From Candidatus Bathyarchaeia archaeon (GTDB lineage: Archaea; Thermoproteota; Bathyarchaeia; 40CM-2-53-6), in assembly GCA_049513715.1 (NCBI GenBank), contig JBEKVV010000001.1:352001-416000 (forward strand): a stretch of 64,000 nucleotides of DNA, read 5' to 3'. Each line of letters starts with the position of its first letter. Positions within the stretch are counted from its first letter, which is position 1. The notes under the pieces were generated by a model. The model was not told the DNA's origin, did not search any database, and saw only the letters and a program-made list of their open reading frames with translations. A program made the position numbers and the translations under genes. Shown in pieces: positions 48,622-58,836 of this stretch.

Positions 48622-49365
48622 TTGGCGAATAAAGGTGGGCAAGGCCACCTCAAACGTTTGGCTTCCCCATGGTATTGGCCAATTCACCGTAAGGAATACA
48701 CATGGGCTCCAAAGCCCACTCCTGGCGGCCACAAATCATCGCTGTGCCTACCACTCGAACTGATTGTCCGAGACAACTTGAAACTTGCAAAGACAAGAAG
48801 AGAGGTTACTAGCATACTCTCGAAGGGCAAAGTCAAGGTCGACGGCCGACCTAGGATTGAGCGAAATCTTCCCGTTGGCCTCATGGACGTGGTGGAATTT
48901 GTGGACGCCAACGTCGCATACCGAGTTTTGCCAGTTGAACGACAAGGTCTGTCTCTGATCAAGATTCCAAAGGACGAGGCCAAGTTCAAACTCTGCAAGG
49001 TCCTTCGAAAAACTACTTCGCGCGGTGGACATACGCAATTTGGGACACATGACGGCCGAAACATCAGTGCCGAAGCCAAAGAAGGAGACCCCGCCGATTA
49101 CTCCACAAACGACACCCTCAGAGTCAGCGTACCAACACAACGTGTGTTAGGCCAAATGAAGTTCGAGAAAGGGAATTTTGCACTAGTCATTGCGGGGCGA
49201 AACTTGGGAAAGAGCGGCAAGATTGTGGACATGCAGCGAGGAACTGCCACAAGACCCGCCATGGTCACAATAGAGGATACATCCGGCACCAAGTTCGACA
49301 CGGTGGTGGACTACACCTTTGTTGTGGGAACCGACAAACCCGCCATCAAATTGGAGGCTGCATAG
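48622..49365 (+). CDS. rps4e: 30S ribosomal protein eS4
   Basis: HLKRL, PVGLMDVV, HDGRN. Confidence 0.97.
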   Translation: MANKGGQGHLKRLASPWYWPIHRKEYTWAPKPTPGGHKSSLCLPLELIVRDNLKLAKTRREVTSILSKGKVKVDGRPRIERNLPVGLMDVVEFVDANVAYRVLPVERQGLSLIKIPKDEAKFKLCKVLRKTTSRGGHTQFGTHDGRNISAEAKEGDPADYSTNDTLRVSVPTQRVLGQMKFEKGNFALVIAGRNLGKSGKIVDMQRGTATRPAMVTIEDTSGTKFDTVVDYTFVVGTDKPAIKLEAA

Positions 49366-49371
49366 TGAGCA

Positions 49372-49911
49372 ATGGAAACCGTCATTGAAACTAAACCTGA
49401 GCACCCTATGCGGGTGATCAAACTGGCAAAGGTCACGGTTCACATAGGTGTCGGAAAATCCGGCGACCAGCTCGAAAAAGCGATAAAGGTAGTTGGCGAA
49501 ATCACTGGGCAAAAGCCCTGCACTCGACAGGCAAAGCAGACCGTGAAAGACTTCGGGATCACAGAGGGCGAACCCATAGCGTGTTTGACAACGCTCAGGG
49601 GCGAGAAAGCATCAGCATTCCTGAAAAGAAGCCTAGAAGCAGTCAGCAACACCCTCAAAGCCTCAAGCTTTGACGACAACGGTAACTTCGCATTTGGCAT
49701 CAAGGAACACATCGAAATCCCCGGCGCAAAGTACATCCCTGAACTCGGAATTTTCGGAATGGACGTCATCGGGACCCTAGAACGGCCCGGCTACAGAATC
49801 AAAAGAAGAAGGATAAGACCGGCCTCAATCGGAAAGTCACACCGAATATCCCGAGAAGACGCAGTAAAATTCATCGCAAAGAAATTCGGAGTCCAGATCA
49901 GAGAGGCATAA
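49372..49911 (+). CDS. rpl5: 50S ribosomal protein uL5
   Basis: [17 protein letters not shown]. Confidence 0.97.
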   Translation: METVIETKPEHPMRVIKLAKVTVHIGVGKSGDQLEKAIKVVGEITGQKPCTRQAKQTVKDFGITEGEPIACLTTLRGEKASAFLKRSLEAVSNTLKASSFDDNGNFAFGIKEHIEIPGAKYIPELGIFGMDVIGTLERPGYRIKRRRIRPASIGKSHRISREDAVKFIAKKFGVQIREA

Positions 49912-49915
49912 TCAC

Positions 49916-50080
49916 TTGGCCAAACTGAAACCGAAAAAAGTGAGAAAATACGGCAAGGGCAGCAGGCCTTGCAGACGATGCGGCCAATATGGGCCAGTGA
50001 TCCGCAAGTACGACTTGTACCTATGCCGCCAATGTTTCCGTGAACTCGCCCCCGCCTTGGGATTCAAGAAATACATGTAG
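49916..50080 (+). CDS. rps14: 30S ribosomal protein uS14 (below ORF-track cutoff)
   Basis: TTG start; [12 protein letters not shown]…[15 protein letters not shown]…GFKKY. Confidence 0.96.
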   Translation: MAKLKPKKVRKYGKGSRPCRRCGQYGPVIRKYDLYLCRQCFRELAPALGFKKYM

Positions 50081-50090
50081 AGTGCAAGAA

Positions 50091-50642
50091 ATGGTTCTCG
50101 TTGAATTAGCCCAAAGAAGCCTCACTGTCCCAGAGGGTGTGCAGCTGACCATTGACGGTAGAAAAATCAAAGCAACCGGCCCCAAAGGTACTCTGGAAGA
50201 GGATTTCTCGCATCTTCCCGTACAATTCACTTTGGAAAGTGGTTCGCTGCGCGTCTACTCACCTTGGGCTCGAAAACGAGAGGTCGCACTAGTTGGCACA
50301 GCCCTAGCTCACGTCCGCAACATGATACGAGGAGTAGCGAAAGGGTATACCTACAAGCTCAAGATCGTTTACGCCCATTTCCCTGTGACCGTCAAGGTTC
50401 AGGAAAAAGAGAAGAAACTCACAATAGAGAATTTCACCGGCGAGAAAACACCCCGCACTGTTAGAATCGTTGGCTCTGCAAAGGTCAAAGTAGTCAGCGA
50501 CGAATTACACGTCCAAGGAAACAGCCTAGGCGACGTAAGCCAAACCGCCGCGAACATTCAAACTGCTACAAGGATCAAAGACAAGGACCAGCGGGTCTTC
50601 TTAGACGGAATTTACATCTTCGAGAAATCTGAGGGAATGTAG
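50091..50642 (+). CDS. rpl6: 50S ribosomal protein uL6
   Basis: YAHFP, D.RVFLDGIY; start placed at ATG 50091. Confidence 0.96.
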   Translation: MVLVELAQRSLTVPEGVQLTIDGRKIKATGPKGTLEEDFSHLPVQFTLESGSLRVYSPWARKREVALVGTALAHVRNMIRGVAKGYTYKLKIVYAHFPVTVKVQEKEKKLTIENFTGEKTPRTVRIVGSAKVKVVSDELHVQGNSLGDVSQTAANIQTATRIKDKDQRVFLDGIYIFEKSEGM

Positions 50643-50643
50643 A

Positions 50644-51156
50644 ATGTCACAAGACTATCCTCGACCAAAATTCCGTCGCGAGGAGAGCTGGCGGTACAAG
50701 CGGGTAAAGGAATCCTGGCGCGCGCCGCATGGAAAGACAAGCCGGGTCAGAAGAAGCAAAAAAGGTTGGCCAGCGGTTGTAAAGATAGGGTACTCACACC
50801 CCAGGGCGACAAGGGGAATGCACCCCTCAGGCCTGAGGGAAGTGATGGTTTGGCGCGTTCAAGATTTGGAAGGAATCGACCCCAAAACCCACGTTGCAAG
50901 AATCGCGCATACCGTAGGAGAGAACAAGCGAGTCCAAATCATCAACGAGGCAAAGAAGAAGAAAATCAGAATCTTGAATCCCGGACTCAAGAGGCAGCCA
51001 GCCGCCGTTCCCGAGGTGGCAGCGGAACCATCCGAGGCCGAACCTGCTGAAACAAAAGAAGAGCCTTCAACCGAACCGGCCACACGACCCAAAGAGAAGC
51101 CAAAGAAGAAAAGGACGACGAAGAAGAAGAGCAATAGTAGGAAGAGTAAGAAATGA
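50644..51156 (+). CDS. rpl32e: 50S ribosomal protein eL32 with acidic/Lys-rich C-terminal extension
   Basis: F.REESWRYKR…WRAPHG, HPSG. Confidence 0.95.
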   Translation: MSQDYPRPKFRREESWRYKRVKESWRAPHGKTSRVRRSKKGWPAVVKIGYSHPRATRGMHPSGLREVMVWRVQDLEGIDPKTHVARIAHTVGENKRVQIINEAKKKKIRILNPGLKRQPAAVPEVAAEPSEAEPAETKEEPSTEPATRPKEKPKKKRTTKKKSNSRKSKK

Positions 51157-51596
51157 GCACTGTGAGCCAAAAGCGACTTGCCGCCGACCTGCTCAAGGTC
51201 GGACTCACCAGAGTCTGGGTTGACCCCGAAGACACTGATAGGGTTTCATCCGCGATAACACGTGAAGAGATCCGCAAACTCATCCATGAGGGCAGCATCA
51301 GAAAGATTCCAAAGCAAGGAATCAGCCGGGGCCGCAAACGAACTAGGCATCAGGAGCTTCTGGCTGGGCGACATAAAGGCCCGGGCAGCATAAAGGGAGC
51401 CGCTAAACACCGGAAAAAGAGATGGGTGATACGCATCCGTTCCATACGTAGAAGGCTGAGGGCGTTGCGCGATAAGCGGTTCATCGATACGCAGAATTAC
51501 CGCAAGCTGACCATGATGGCGAAAGGCGGTTCCTTCAGGAGCGCCGCACACCTAGACGAATACATAGAAGCCCGCAAACTCGCAAGGAGACGTTGA
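51153..51596 (+). CDS. rpl19e: 50S ribosomal protein eL19
   Basis: QKRLAA, RVWVDP, AKGG.F. Confidence 0.97.
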   Translation: MSTVSQKRLAADLLKVGLTRVWVDPEDTDRVSSAITREEIRKLIHEGSIRKIPKQGISRGRKRTRHQELLAGRHKGPGSIKGAAKHRKKRWVIRIRSIRRRLRALRDKRFIDTQNYRKLTMMAKGGSFRSAAHLDEYIEARKLARRR

Positions 51597-51597
51597 A

Positions 51598-52236
51598 ATG
51601 CAAACAGCTCAAACTCAAAGACAGGAAGCAGGCTGGATTCCCAAAACCAAAGTCGGCCGAATGGTCCAGAGCGGACAAATCGTCTCGCTTGAAGACATTT
51701 TCACACAAGGATTGAAAATCAAGGAACCGGAAATAATCGACGTACTTCTCCCCGGCTTGAAGCAGGAAGTTCTCGGAATCGGTTTCGTTCAGAAACAAAC
51801 TGATGCTGGAGAAAAATCACGGTTCAAGGCGACTGTGGCTGTCGGAAACGGGACAGGTTTCCTCGGTGTTGGAGGCGGCAAAGCAAAGCAGGTAAGGAGC
51901 GCAATAGACAAAGCCACCATTGCAGCCAAACTGAACGTCGTACCGATTCGCCGCGGTTGCGGAAGTTGGGAATGCGGCTGCGGCCAACCCCACTCACTAC
52001 CATTCAAGGTGAGAGGAAAGACTGGCAGCGTTGCAATCGAGATAATCCCAGGCCCCAGAGGCTTAGGGCTAGTTGGCGGCGAAACACCCAAAACGATTCT
52101 GACACTTGCTGGTGTGAAGGACTGCTGGACCAGAAGCTTCGGGTCAACCAGCACACTTGGCTCGATGGCTCTCGCGGTCTATGAAGCGCTGCGCAACACC
52201 TACCGTGTCGTCACGCCAAAAGACTGGGTCGCGTAG
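51598..52236 (+). CDS. rps5: 30S ribosomal protein uS5
   Basis: WIPKTKVG, RRGCGSWECGC. Confidence 0.97.
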   Translation: MQTAQTQRQEAGWIPKTKVGRMVQSGQIVSLEDIFTQGLKIKEPEIIDVLLPGLKQEVLGIGFVQKQTDAGEKSRFKATVAVGNGTGFLGVGGGKAKQVRSAIDKATIAAKLNVVPIRRGCGSWECGCGQPHSLPFKVRGKTGSVAIEIIPGPRGLGLVGGETPKTILTLAGVKDCWTRSFGSTSTLGSMALAVYEALRNTYRVVTPKDWVA

Positions 52237-52287
52237 CACTAAGTTTCCCTTTTCATCCGAGCCTAGGCCGACCCCCCAGGGGGGGCC

Positions 52288-53490
52288 CTAGATTGCTTTG
52301 AGGGACTTTCCAACTTTCTCAAACGCTTTCAAGGCGAAGTCCAGGTCCTTCTTTGTGTGACCAGCGTTCATTATGGTTCTGATTCTGGCCTTATCACGTG
52401 CGACCATTGGGAAAACTATGGGCAGCGCAAAAACATTCTCGCCGAAGAGCATCTCACTCATCTTCCGCGCCGTCGAGCTCTCACCCACAATTACAGGTGT
52501 TATTGGTGTCTCACTGTTCCCGATGTTAAAGCCCAAGCCCCTGAGTCCCTCTTTGAAGTATCGAGTGTTTTCCCAAAGCTTTTGAAGATGAATTGGCTCA
52601 TCTTGAATGACGTCGAGGCTTGCCTTGCAAGATGCAACAACACTGGCAGGGTGAGATCCGCTCAGAAGCCAAGTTCTCGATTTGTTGAGTGCAAAATTCA
52701 CCAGGTCTCGGCTCCCCGCGATGTACCCGCCCACAACTCCAAACGCCTTCGAAAATGTCCCCATCTCAACATCAACTCTGCCATCGATGTGGTGGTGTGA
52801 TGTTATTCCTCGGCCCGCCTCGCCCAGTACGCCATCTCCGTGGGCATCGTCAATGTACGTCATAGCTCCGTGCTGCTCGGCAAGTTCAACGATCCTGTCT
52901 GCTGGGGCGATATCTCCGTCCATGCTGAAGACGCCGTCTGTGACGATGAGAATGTGTTTGTAGCTCTTCTGCTCTGCCTCGTCGAGCACGTGCTTGAGGT
53001 CATCAGGGTTACAATGTTTGTAGACCGCGCGCTCTGCCCTGCTGAGGCGGACTCCGTCAATGATGCTGCCGTGGTTGAGTTCGTCACTAATGATTAGGTC
53101 ACCTTCACTAGCGAGTTGCGGGATGAGGCCTGCGTTGGTCGCGAACCCGGTTGAGTAGGCCAATGCAGCTTCAGTACGCTTGTACCTAGCCAAGGCCTCC
53201 TCTAGCTCAACGTGTGCGCTCATTGTTCCCGCTATTGGGCGAACTGAACCTGACCCTGCGCCATACTTCTCAATGGCTTCTAAGGCGGCCTTCTTCACCT
53301 TAGGATGATTCGTAAGGTTCAGGTAATTGTTCGAGCATAGCATCATGACCTTCTTTTCAGAAACCACAGTCCAAGGGCCACTGTTGCTGGCCAGAACACG
53401 GATACGCCAATCAAGGTCCTGGGCTGCCAACCGGTCGTATTCTTCGCGGAGAAATGAACGCGGGTCTCTCTTGGTAGTATGAGCGGTCAA
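52288..53490 (-). CDS. kbl: glycine C-acetyltransferase (2-amino-3-ketobutyrate CoA ligase)
   Basis: SNNYL, NHGSIIDG, DDAHG, GTFSKA; start placed at TTG 53490. Confidence 0.9.
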   Translation of the reverse strand: MTAHTTKRDPRSFLREEYDRLAAQDLDWRIRVLASNSGPWTVVSEKKVMMLCSNNYLNLTNHPKVKKAALEAIEKYGAGSGSVRPIAGTMSAHVELEEALARYKRTEAALAYSTGFATNAGLIPQLASEGDLIISDELNHGSIIDGVRLSRAERAVYKHCNPDDLKHVLDEAEQKSYKHILIVTDGVFSMDGDIAPADRIVELAEQHGAMTYIDDAHGDGVLGEAGRGITSHHHIDGRVDVEMGTFSKAFGVVGGYIAGSRDLVNFALNKSRTWLLSGSHPASVVASCKASLDVIQDEPIHLQKLWENTRYFKEGLRGLGFNIGNSETPITPVIVGESSTARKMSEMLFGENVFALPIVFPMVARDKARIRTIMNAGHTKKDLDFALKAFEKVGKSLKAI

Positions 53491-53599
53491 TAATCCAGAC
53501 CAAGCGGTGACTCCAAGACGGTGTGCATAATAGTTTTGCTTCTGGGTACCTCTCGCAAAACATAAAGGCGTCACGCTTGATACTCGCGCCGAGCCGATT

Positions 53600-54628
53600 G
53601 TGAAAGCATTTGCAAAGTTGCGCCCCGAACCGGGGCTGCAATTGATCGACGCGGAACGACCCAAAATCAGCGGGCACGATGTTCTCGTAAAAGTGAAGGT
53701 GACTTCTGTCTGCGGGACCGATTATCACATTTACAAATGGGATGAATGGGCACAAGCGCGCATCAAACCTCCTAGAATAATAGGTCACGAGTTTGCGGGA
53801 GAAGTGGTGGAAGTCGCGCCGGCAGTCGGCTCCTGCAAAGTGGGGGACATCGTTGTGGCAGAGAGCCATATCGGATGCGGAACTTGCTACCAATGCCGAA
53901 CCGGAAATTCTCACATTTGTGAGAAAGTCGCCATTCTCGGCGTCGATGTGGATGGTTGTTTCGCGGACTATGTGAAAGTACCCGCCAACAATGTATGGCC
54001 AGTTCCAAAAGAGGTCCCGCTGGAAACCGCCTCAGCTCTTGAGCCGCTCGGCAATGCAGTTCACGCCGCATTCGCAGCGGACATCGCGGGCAACGATGTC
54101 GTAATCTTTGGATGCGGCCCAGTCGGCCTTTCCGCTGTGGCCCTAGCGAGCATCTCAGGAGCGCTTTCGGTGACCGCGGTTGACATCAATGACTATCGCC
54201 TAAACCTAGCAGCGAAAATGGGCGCGTCGAAGACGATAAACTCGAAGAATACTGATCCGGTAGCCGAGATTCACAAAAATACTGAGGGCCGTGGGTCTGG
54301 TGTGGTGTTGGAGATGTCTGGAAACGAGACCGCCATTAGGGAAGCCTTTCGTGCGGTCAGGAATGGTGGGACAGTAATTCTATTCGGGATTCCATCTAGA
54401 GATGTTCAATTGAACATCGCGGACGACTTCATCTTCAAAGAAGCCCATGTCCAAGGCATTGTTGGACGTGAGATGTTCAAGACTTGGTACAGGCTTGAGG
54501 CTATATTGAAATCTGGAAAGTTGAACCTCAAACCTCTCATAACACATCGAATGCCCCTGAACCAACTTGAAGAAGCGATGAAACTAGTCGGTTCAGGAAA
54601 TTGCGGCAAAGTCGTGCTAACACCGTAG
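53600..54628 (+). CDS. tdh: L-threonine 3-dehydrogenase
   Basis: CGTDYHIYKWDEW, GHEF, EPLGNAVH; divergent from kbl. Confidence 0.93.
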   Translation: MKAFAKLRPEPGLQLIDAERPKISGHDVLVKVKVTSVCGTDYHIYKWDEWAQARIKPPRIIGHEFAGEVVEVAPAVGSCKVGDIVVAESHIGCGTCYQCRTGNSHICEKVAILGVDVDGCFADYVKVPANNVWPVPKEVPLETASALEPLGNAVHAAFAADIAGNDVVIFGCGPVGLSAVALASISGALSVTAVDINDYRLNLAAKMGASKTINSKNTDPVAEIHKNTEGRGSGVVLEMSGNETAIREAFRAVRNGGTVILFGIPSRDVQLNIADDFIFKEAHVQGIVGREMFKTWYRLEAILKSGKLNLKPLITHRMPLNQLEEAMKLVGSGNCGKVVLTP

Positions 54629-54945
54629 ACCGCGGATGCTGGAAACGTTTATTTTAAGTTTACTTGTGTGCCCTAAACCGTTCCAATCAGCTCATTTTGA
54701 GCCGACCCAAGGCGATTTTCGACAGACATCACAGGCGCATTACATGCGGAAACTGGCTGACCAACAAACGGGCTCCAGACAAGTCTAACGCCGCGGTACT
54801 CCATCGTATATTTGCACAACAGCCGGCTACCCGCCGGCAACCTAGAAATCAACCCTTTTCCAGACGTGCACGCCTCTAGCGCCATAAATTCACACCAAAT
54901 GCTTAACAGCAACGCCTTTCCCATCTCGCCTACAAGTCAGATCCC

Positions 54946-55761
54946 TTGGCCACGACCGACCAGACCTCCCGCATCCTTGCCATAATCCAACGGGAAATCG
55001 CATGCCATTACCCCGAATTGTTCAATCGAGCCTATCACGAATTGGGCATCCCCTCACGTGTCGTGAAATTTGCATCCTACGCGCTACAGGCCGAGGGAAG
55101 AGTCGAATCACGGACATTGCGGGCGAACGATGCCAAGCAAACAAGGGTCTCCTTCATCTATAGCCCGGACCATCCCAAAGACACAATTGATCAAATCATC
55201 GAGGAGAAAACACTACTTCTTGAACAACATTACAACCTCTCCGACATCATCGGCCAACATGGCGAACAACTAGTTGCCACGGCATGCTCGAACCTCGGAT
55301 ACACAGAAATCGAGATCCGCAAGGAAAAACACGGAAATGAAGACCTCGGCATAGCTAAACATGACATAGATGTTTTCTGCAAACATCCGAGTGGGAAGTA
55401 TTACCAATACATCGAAGTCAAGAACAGGCGCTATCCATTAGGCGAACCAGACGTAAACTCAGTACTGCAGACTACCCGTAGGGCAACTGCCCGGTGGAAG
55501 CTAGATTTACGACCGGCTGTCGTTACGAGGTTCACAACCGAAACAGCCGGCCAACTCGCCCAGCGGTTTGACTTGCCAATCGCACTATCACCAGGGGAGT
55601 TTGTACCTACCAGCCACAGGGTATTATATGAGACACTCAACTCTCGCCTCGATCTAGACATCGCCATCGCCGACACCCCGCCAACCCTTCTTACTCCTAG
55701 AATCCGGCAATACACTACAGACTACAAATACAGACAATCCGAGCAAAGTCCCACTAGCTGA
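54946..55761 (+). CDS. PD-(D/E)XK restriction-endonuclease-like protein
   Basis: GEQLV…HDIDVF…YIEVKN. Confidence 0.75.
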   Translation: MATTDQTSRILAIIQREIACHYPELFNRAYHELGIPSRVVKFASYALQAEGRVESRTLRANDAKQTRVSFIYSPDHPKDTIDQIIEEKTLLLEQHYNLSDIIGQHGEQLVATACSNLGYTEIEIRKEKHGNEDLGIAKHDIDVFCKHPSGKYYQYIEVKNRRYPLGEPDVNSVLQTTRRATARWKLDLRPAVVTRFTTETAGQLAQRFDLPIALSPGEFVPTSHRVLYETLNSRLDLDIAIADTPPTLLTPRIRQYTTDYKYRQSEQSPTS

Positions 55762-55922
55762 CATGCTTGATACAACTTTTAGTCACAATCAGACGCCAGC
55801 ATCAGCCGCCGACCCCGTACTCTTCTCTTTCTCATCGGTTCTCCACGACACGAAGTTGCCCGTAACTAAGGAAGTCTCTGGAGACACACATCGAATAGTC
55901 GAGACCATGTCTCCCGTGTTCT

Positions 55923-56339
55923 CTAAGTCACTGTGAGCACAATTGAATTTGCTTGGAGCTTTGTGGTATCTTGAGTGTATTGTGGGCTCTCCCCCGAACA
56001 GAAGAATCCTCGACAAGACCAACCATCCAGTCTAATGTTTAACCATGGAGCGTCGCTGTAGCCTTGAATAAGCAGGTCGAGCTTGTAACTCGTCCCTGGT
56101 ACCGCGGCATCAGGAATCTTCACATGAAATGTGTATGGCTGTGGCAGAACAGGTGCAATTTCGTTGAATCTCAATACATTGTCAGTGACCAAGTTGACGG
56201 GATTGGAGAGCACCTCAAGTTTCAGATCATAGATCATAACTTTTGCGGTGAAGGTGATGTCGAGATTGATGGTCTGTCCCGGCTTCACGTGGACATATGA
56301 GATTCTGTATTCAACCTTCCAGTAGTTAGAGCTCAACAC
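55923..56339 (-). CDS. Ig-like beta-sandwich hypothetical protein
   Basis: VKPGQTINL…IPDAAVPG.SY. Confidence 0.6.
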   Translation of the reverse strand: MLSSNYWKVEYRISYVHVKPGQTINLDITFTAKVMIYDLKLEVLSNPVNLVTDNVLRFNEIAPVLPQPYTFHVKIPDAAVPGTSYKLDLLIQGYSDAPWLNIRLDGWSCRGFFCSGESPQYTQDTTKLQANSIVLTVT

Positions 56340-56779
56340 GTATGATTGGCCTTCGTCAGCTGTTGCCGAACCGCTTCTTCGAGGCCCAGGAGCTTTTCGC
56401 GTGTGTCACGTTTCCGGGGTGCCTCACCGAACATGGTCATGGCAGGTCGCCGAGCTGGAAGTGGAATCGCAGGTCACAATGCTCGCACATGAGGACTAAC
56501 CAATACGGCTGGTCTGGTGAAGTCCAACCGGCTTTACGAGAGGTGGCCTTGAAGCCCGGCTGTGGTATGCCCGTCTCCAGCTTGACCCCGCTAGTTTCCT
56601 TTTCCATTTTTCTTTCTCACTTTTTCACTGCCGGAACATCGTGGGCCGCCTTCGTACCGGCTGCGAAGGCAACCGTCGTGACTCGTTAGAGTCCTATGAC
56701 CTGGAAGATTCTGGGTTCTCCGACCATTGTAAGACGAGCTGAGCCCAACGCGGTAAACGAGACACAACGTCTTGACTAC

Positions 56780-56896
56780 TCAACCGTTGACAAGTCTCCG
56801 GAGAATGGTTTCGAACGTGTCATCTTTCGATCCGAGTTTTGCTAGGTCGTCTCGGAGATGCTTTGACACTTGAATCGTCGTGGTGGTCTTCGACAT
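56780..56896 (-). CDS. 38-aa ribbon-helix-helix protein
   Basis: MSKTTTTIQVSKHLRDDLAKLGSKDDTFETILRRLVNG; divergent from the wHTH gene. Confidence 0.7.
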   Translation of the reverse strand: MSKTTTTIQVSKHLRDDLAKLGSKDDTFETILRRLVNG

Positions 56897-56963
56897 GATT
56901 GATGTGGGCGTCGTAACCCCTATATTAGCCAGAGGCCTTTCAATATGACTAGGTCAGATACTT

Positions 56964-57533
56964 ATGGGGAGACGAGGGAAAGACTTTGAGCGAAACATTG
57001 ACTCCGTGATATGGGGGATTATTCGATCTCACATAACAGGAATCACCTTCGAGGACTCACTGAAGGAAGCCGAACACAAGATTGGAATCAGCAGGGACAC
57101 GTTCTCGCGACACCTCAATGGCCTCCGTGCCATAGGAGCAGTCAATCAGCAAGGGAACCTCTACTCTGTGTCAAAGGTGTGGGCGCTACAGGACGACTCA
57201 AGGCAACTACGCCAGCGGAATCTCTACCCCTACTTACTCGTCGCCGTTACATCGCTGACCCACCGTTATCTGGCATTGCTGCAAGCGATGATTGAGGCAC
57301 CTGACATCTCCAAGGCTCATGGTGAGGCTGATCGCTTTCTCAGGAATGTCGACGACTCCTACATTATGGAGTTTGCCCGTGGCGTCTGGAAATCTAGGGG
57401 TAACGTGCGACTGGAACCGCTGAGTGAAGATAACAGAAGTTTGACGCTAGAGTTTGTGAAAGCTCAACGTCCCAACAGAGGCGTGCGTGTTAGGGGCATC
57501 TCCGACCGACAAGCCAAGCGTAAGTCACCATAA
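56964..57533 (+). CDS. winged-helix regulator
   Basis: GISRDTFSRHLNGLRAIGAV…NLYSV. Confidence 0.75.
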   Translation: MGRRGKDFERNIDSVIWGIIRSHITGITFEDSLKEAEHKIGISRDTFSRHLNGLRAIGAVNQQGNLYSVSKVWALQDDSRQLRQRNLYPYLLVAVTSLTHRYLALLQAMIEAPDISKAHGEADRFLRNVDDSYIMEFARGVWKSRGNVRLEPLSEDNRSLTLEFVKAQRPNRGVRVRGISDRQAKRKSP

Positions 57534-57575
57534 CGCCTAGGCAAACAATATTGACTTGATGTGGGGTACACCCTG

Positions 57576-58646
57576 CTAGGTCTTCTGGAGCTGCTTCATC
57601 TTCCGCTTGATTACAGCGAGAACCTCCGGATCCTCAAACAGCCTGTCCATGTAGCTGTCCGGTTTCTTCCGGGCCTCTTCCTTCTCCTCAAGGCGGGTTA
57701 GTTTATCTCGGAGTTCCTCGACCTCTTCCTTTGTGGGGATTGTTGGCTTCCACAGTTTCCCAAGTTCCCTGGCCATGTATCGCTCGTCCAGGGTTTCTCT
57801 GCTGTAACCGTACCGGTCGGTGCCGTGGCCCATGCAGAACTCGCTGACCGCATAGGCCACTTCGGATTTGCCGCATTGACTTTTGAAGCTGGACCTCAGT
57901 TGATGTGGCCCTAGGCCGACCTGCCACAGTTTCACTTTCTTCGCTGCTCTCCTCCAAACATTCTGTAAGTCGTGGGCATCGATCAGTGTGCCTCCCCGGT
58001 CCTTGGAGAGCTTGGTCTTCATCGGAAACTCGGGCACGTGCTGCTTAGGTACCAAGGTGAAGAAGTCGTTCAACGTCGACTTCCTAGGCGAGAGAGCGAT
58101 TTTGATGTACGGTTTCTCGTTGTTTCGCTGCGTCTCGATCTTGCGTTGGATCTCAAGGGAGTTCTGGATCTCCGAGACCTCGTCCTCACCGAGACCGGAC
58201 CAGAGCATGAATTTGAAGAGGCTTCGGTAGGGTTCGTCGGTTTCCTGGATTATGGTGCTCGCGTTCTCCCAGGTTAGTTCAGGTTTGCTTCGGACACGTC
58301 GAACTCTGATCTTCCCGTTCACGTGCATGTCGACTTCATGAAACTCCAGGAAGCTGCGCAGCGCGTATTTCGTCAAGTGGGCGGCGTTCATGGAATGCTT
58401 GTAGATCTCTCCGAGTCTTCCTTTGACTTCTATCGCGGTTTCCCGGGGGTTCTGTTGGGCTCTCTTTAGGAAGCTGGCGGGATCCTCGTTCCCGAAGAAT
58501 CGCGTGAGGAAGATGACGTATTGGTTGCGGGTGCTTTCCTTGAGTTCTGTTCCTACGCCGTTCAGCCATGATTTGACCTCTGGGGTTGCAGAGAGCTTCG
58601 CGAGAGCCTCAGTCAACTTGCTGCGCCTCGCTTTGGATTTCGTCAA
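57576..58646 (-). CDS. tyrosine recombinase/integrase (first catalytic Arg replaced)
   Basis: HQLR, SEFCMGH, RYGY; box I reads MLWSGLGEDEV; homologous to 31624-32715. Confidence 0.88.
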   Translation of the reverse strand: MTKSKARRSKLTEALAKLSATPEVKSWLNGVGTELKESTRNQYVIFLTRFFGNEDPASFLKRAQQNPRETAIEVKGRLGEIYKHSMNAAHLTKYALRSFLEFHEVDMHVNGKIRVRRVRSKPELTWENASTIIQETDEPYRSLFKFMLWSGLGEDEVSEIQNSLEIQRKIETQRNNEKPYIKIALSPRKSTLNDFFTLVPKQHVPEFPMKTKLSKDRGGTLIDAHDLQNVWRRAAKKVKLWQVGLGPHQLRSSFKSQCGKSEVAYAVSEFCMGHGTDRYGYSRETLDERYMARELGKLWKPTIPTKEEVEELRDKLTRLEEKEEARKKPDSYMDRLFEDPEVLAVIKRKMKQLQKT

Positions 58647-58836
58647 GTCGCGCTAGGCCGTCCTTGAATTTGCTTCCGTGGTTCTTGTGGCCGCATCTGC
58701 AGGTACAGCGAAACTTTTTAGCTGCGGCGCAGTTCCCGCTGCCGCAGTGGCAAGCAATGGGTAGAAGGTTGAGGTTAGGTTCAAGGTTCTCGACGGCGAA
58801 CAGTTCTCGCCAATCACGTTCGGTTACTCTCTCCAA
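58609..58836 (-). CDS. small Cys/His-rich protein
   Basis: CHCGSGNC…CTCRCGHKNHG; directly upstream of the integrase. Confidence 0.55.
   Translation of the reverse strand: MERVTERDWRELFAVENLEPNLNLLPIACHCGSGNCAAAKKFRCTCRCGHKNHGSKFKDGLARLDEIQSEAQQVD

Noticed and set aside
53491..53664. N-terminal extension of kbl in the ORF track
   Set aside because: It overlaps the tdh start and the divergent promoter region.
52288..54628. kbl/tdh as cargo of element 2
   Set aside because: Both genes lie outside the left direct repeat at 54643.
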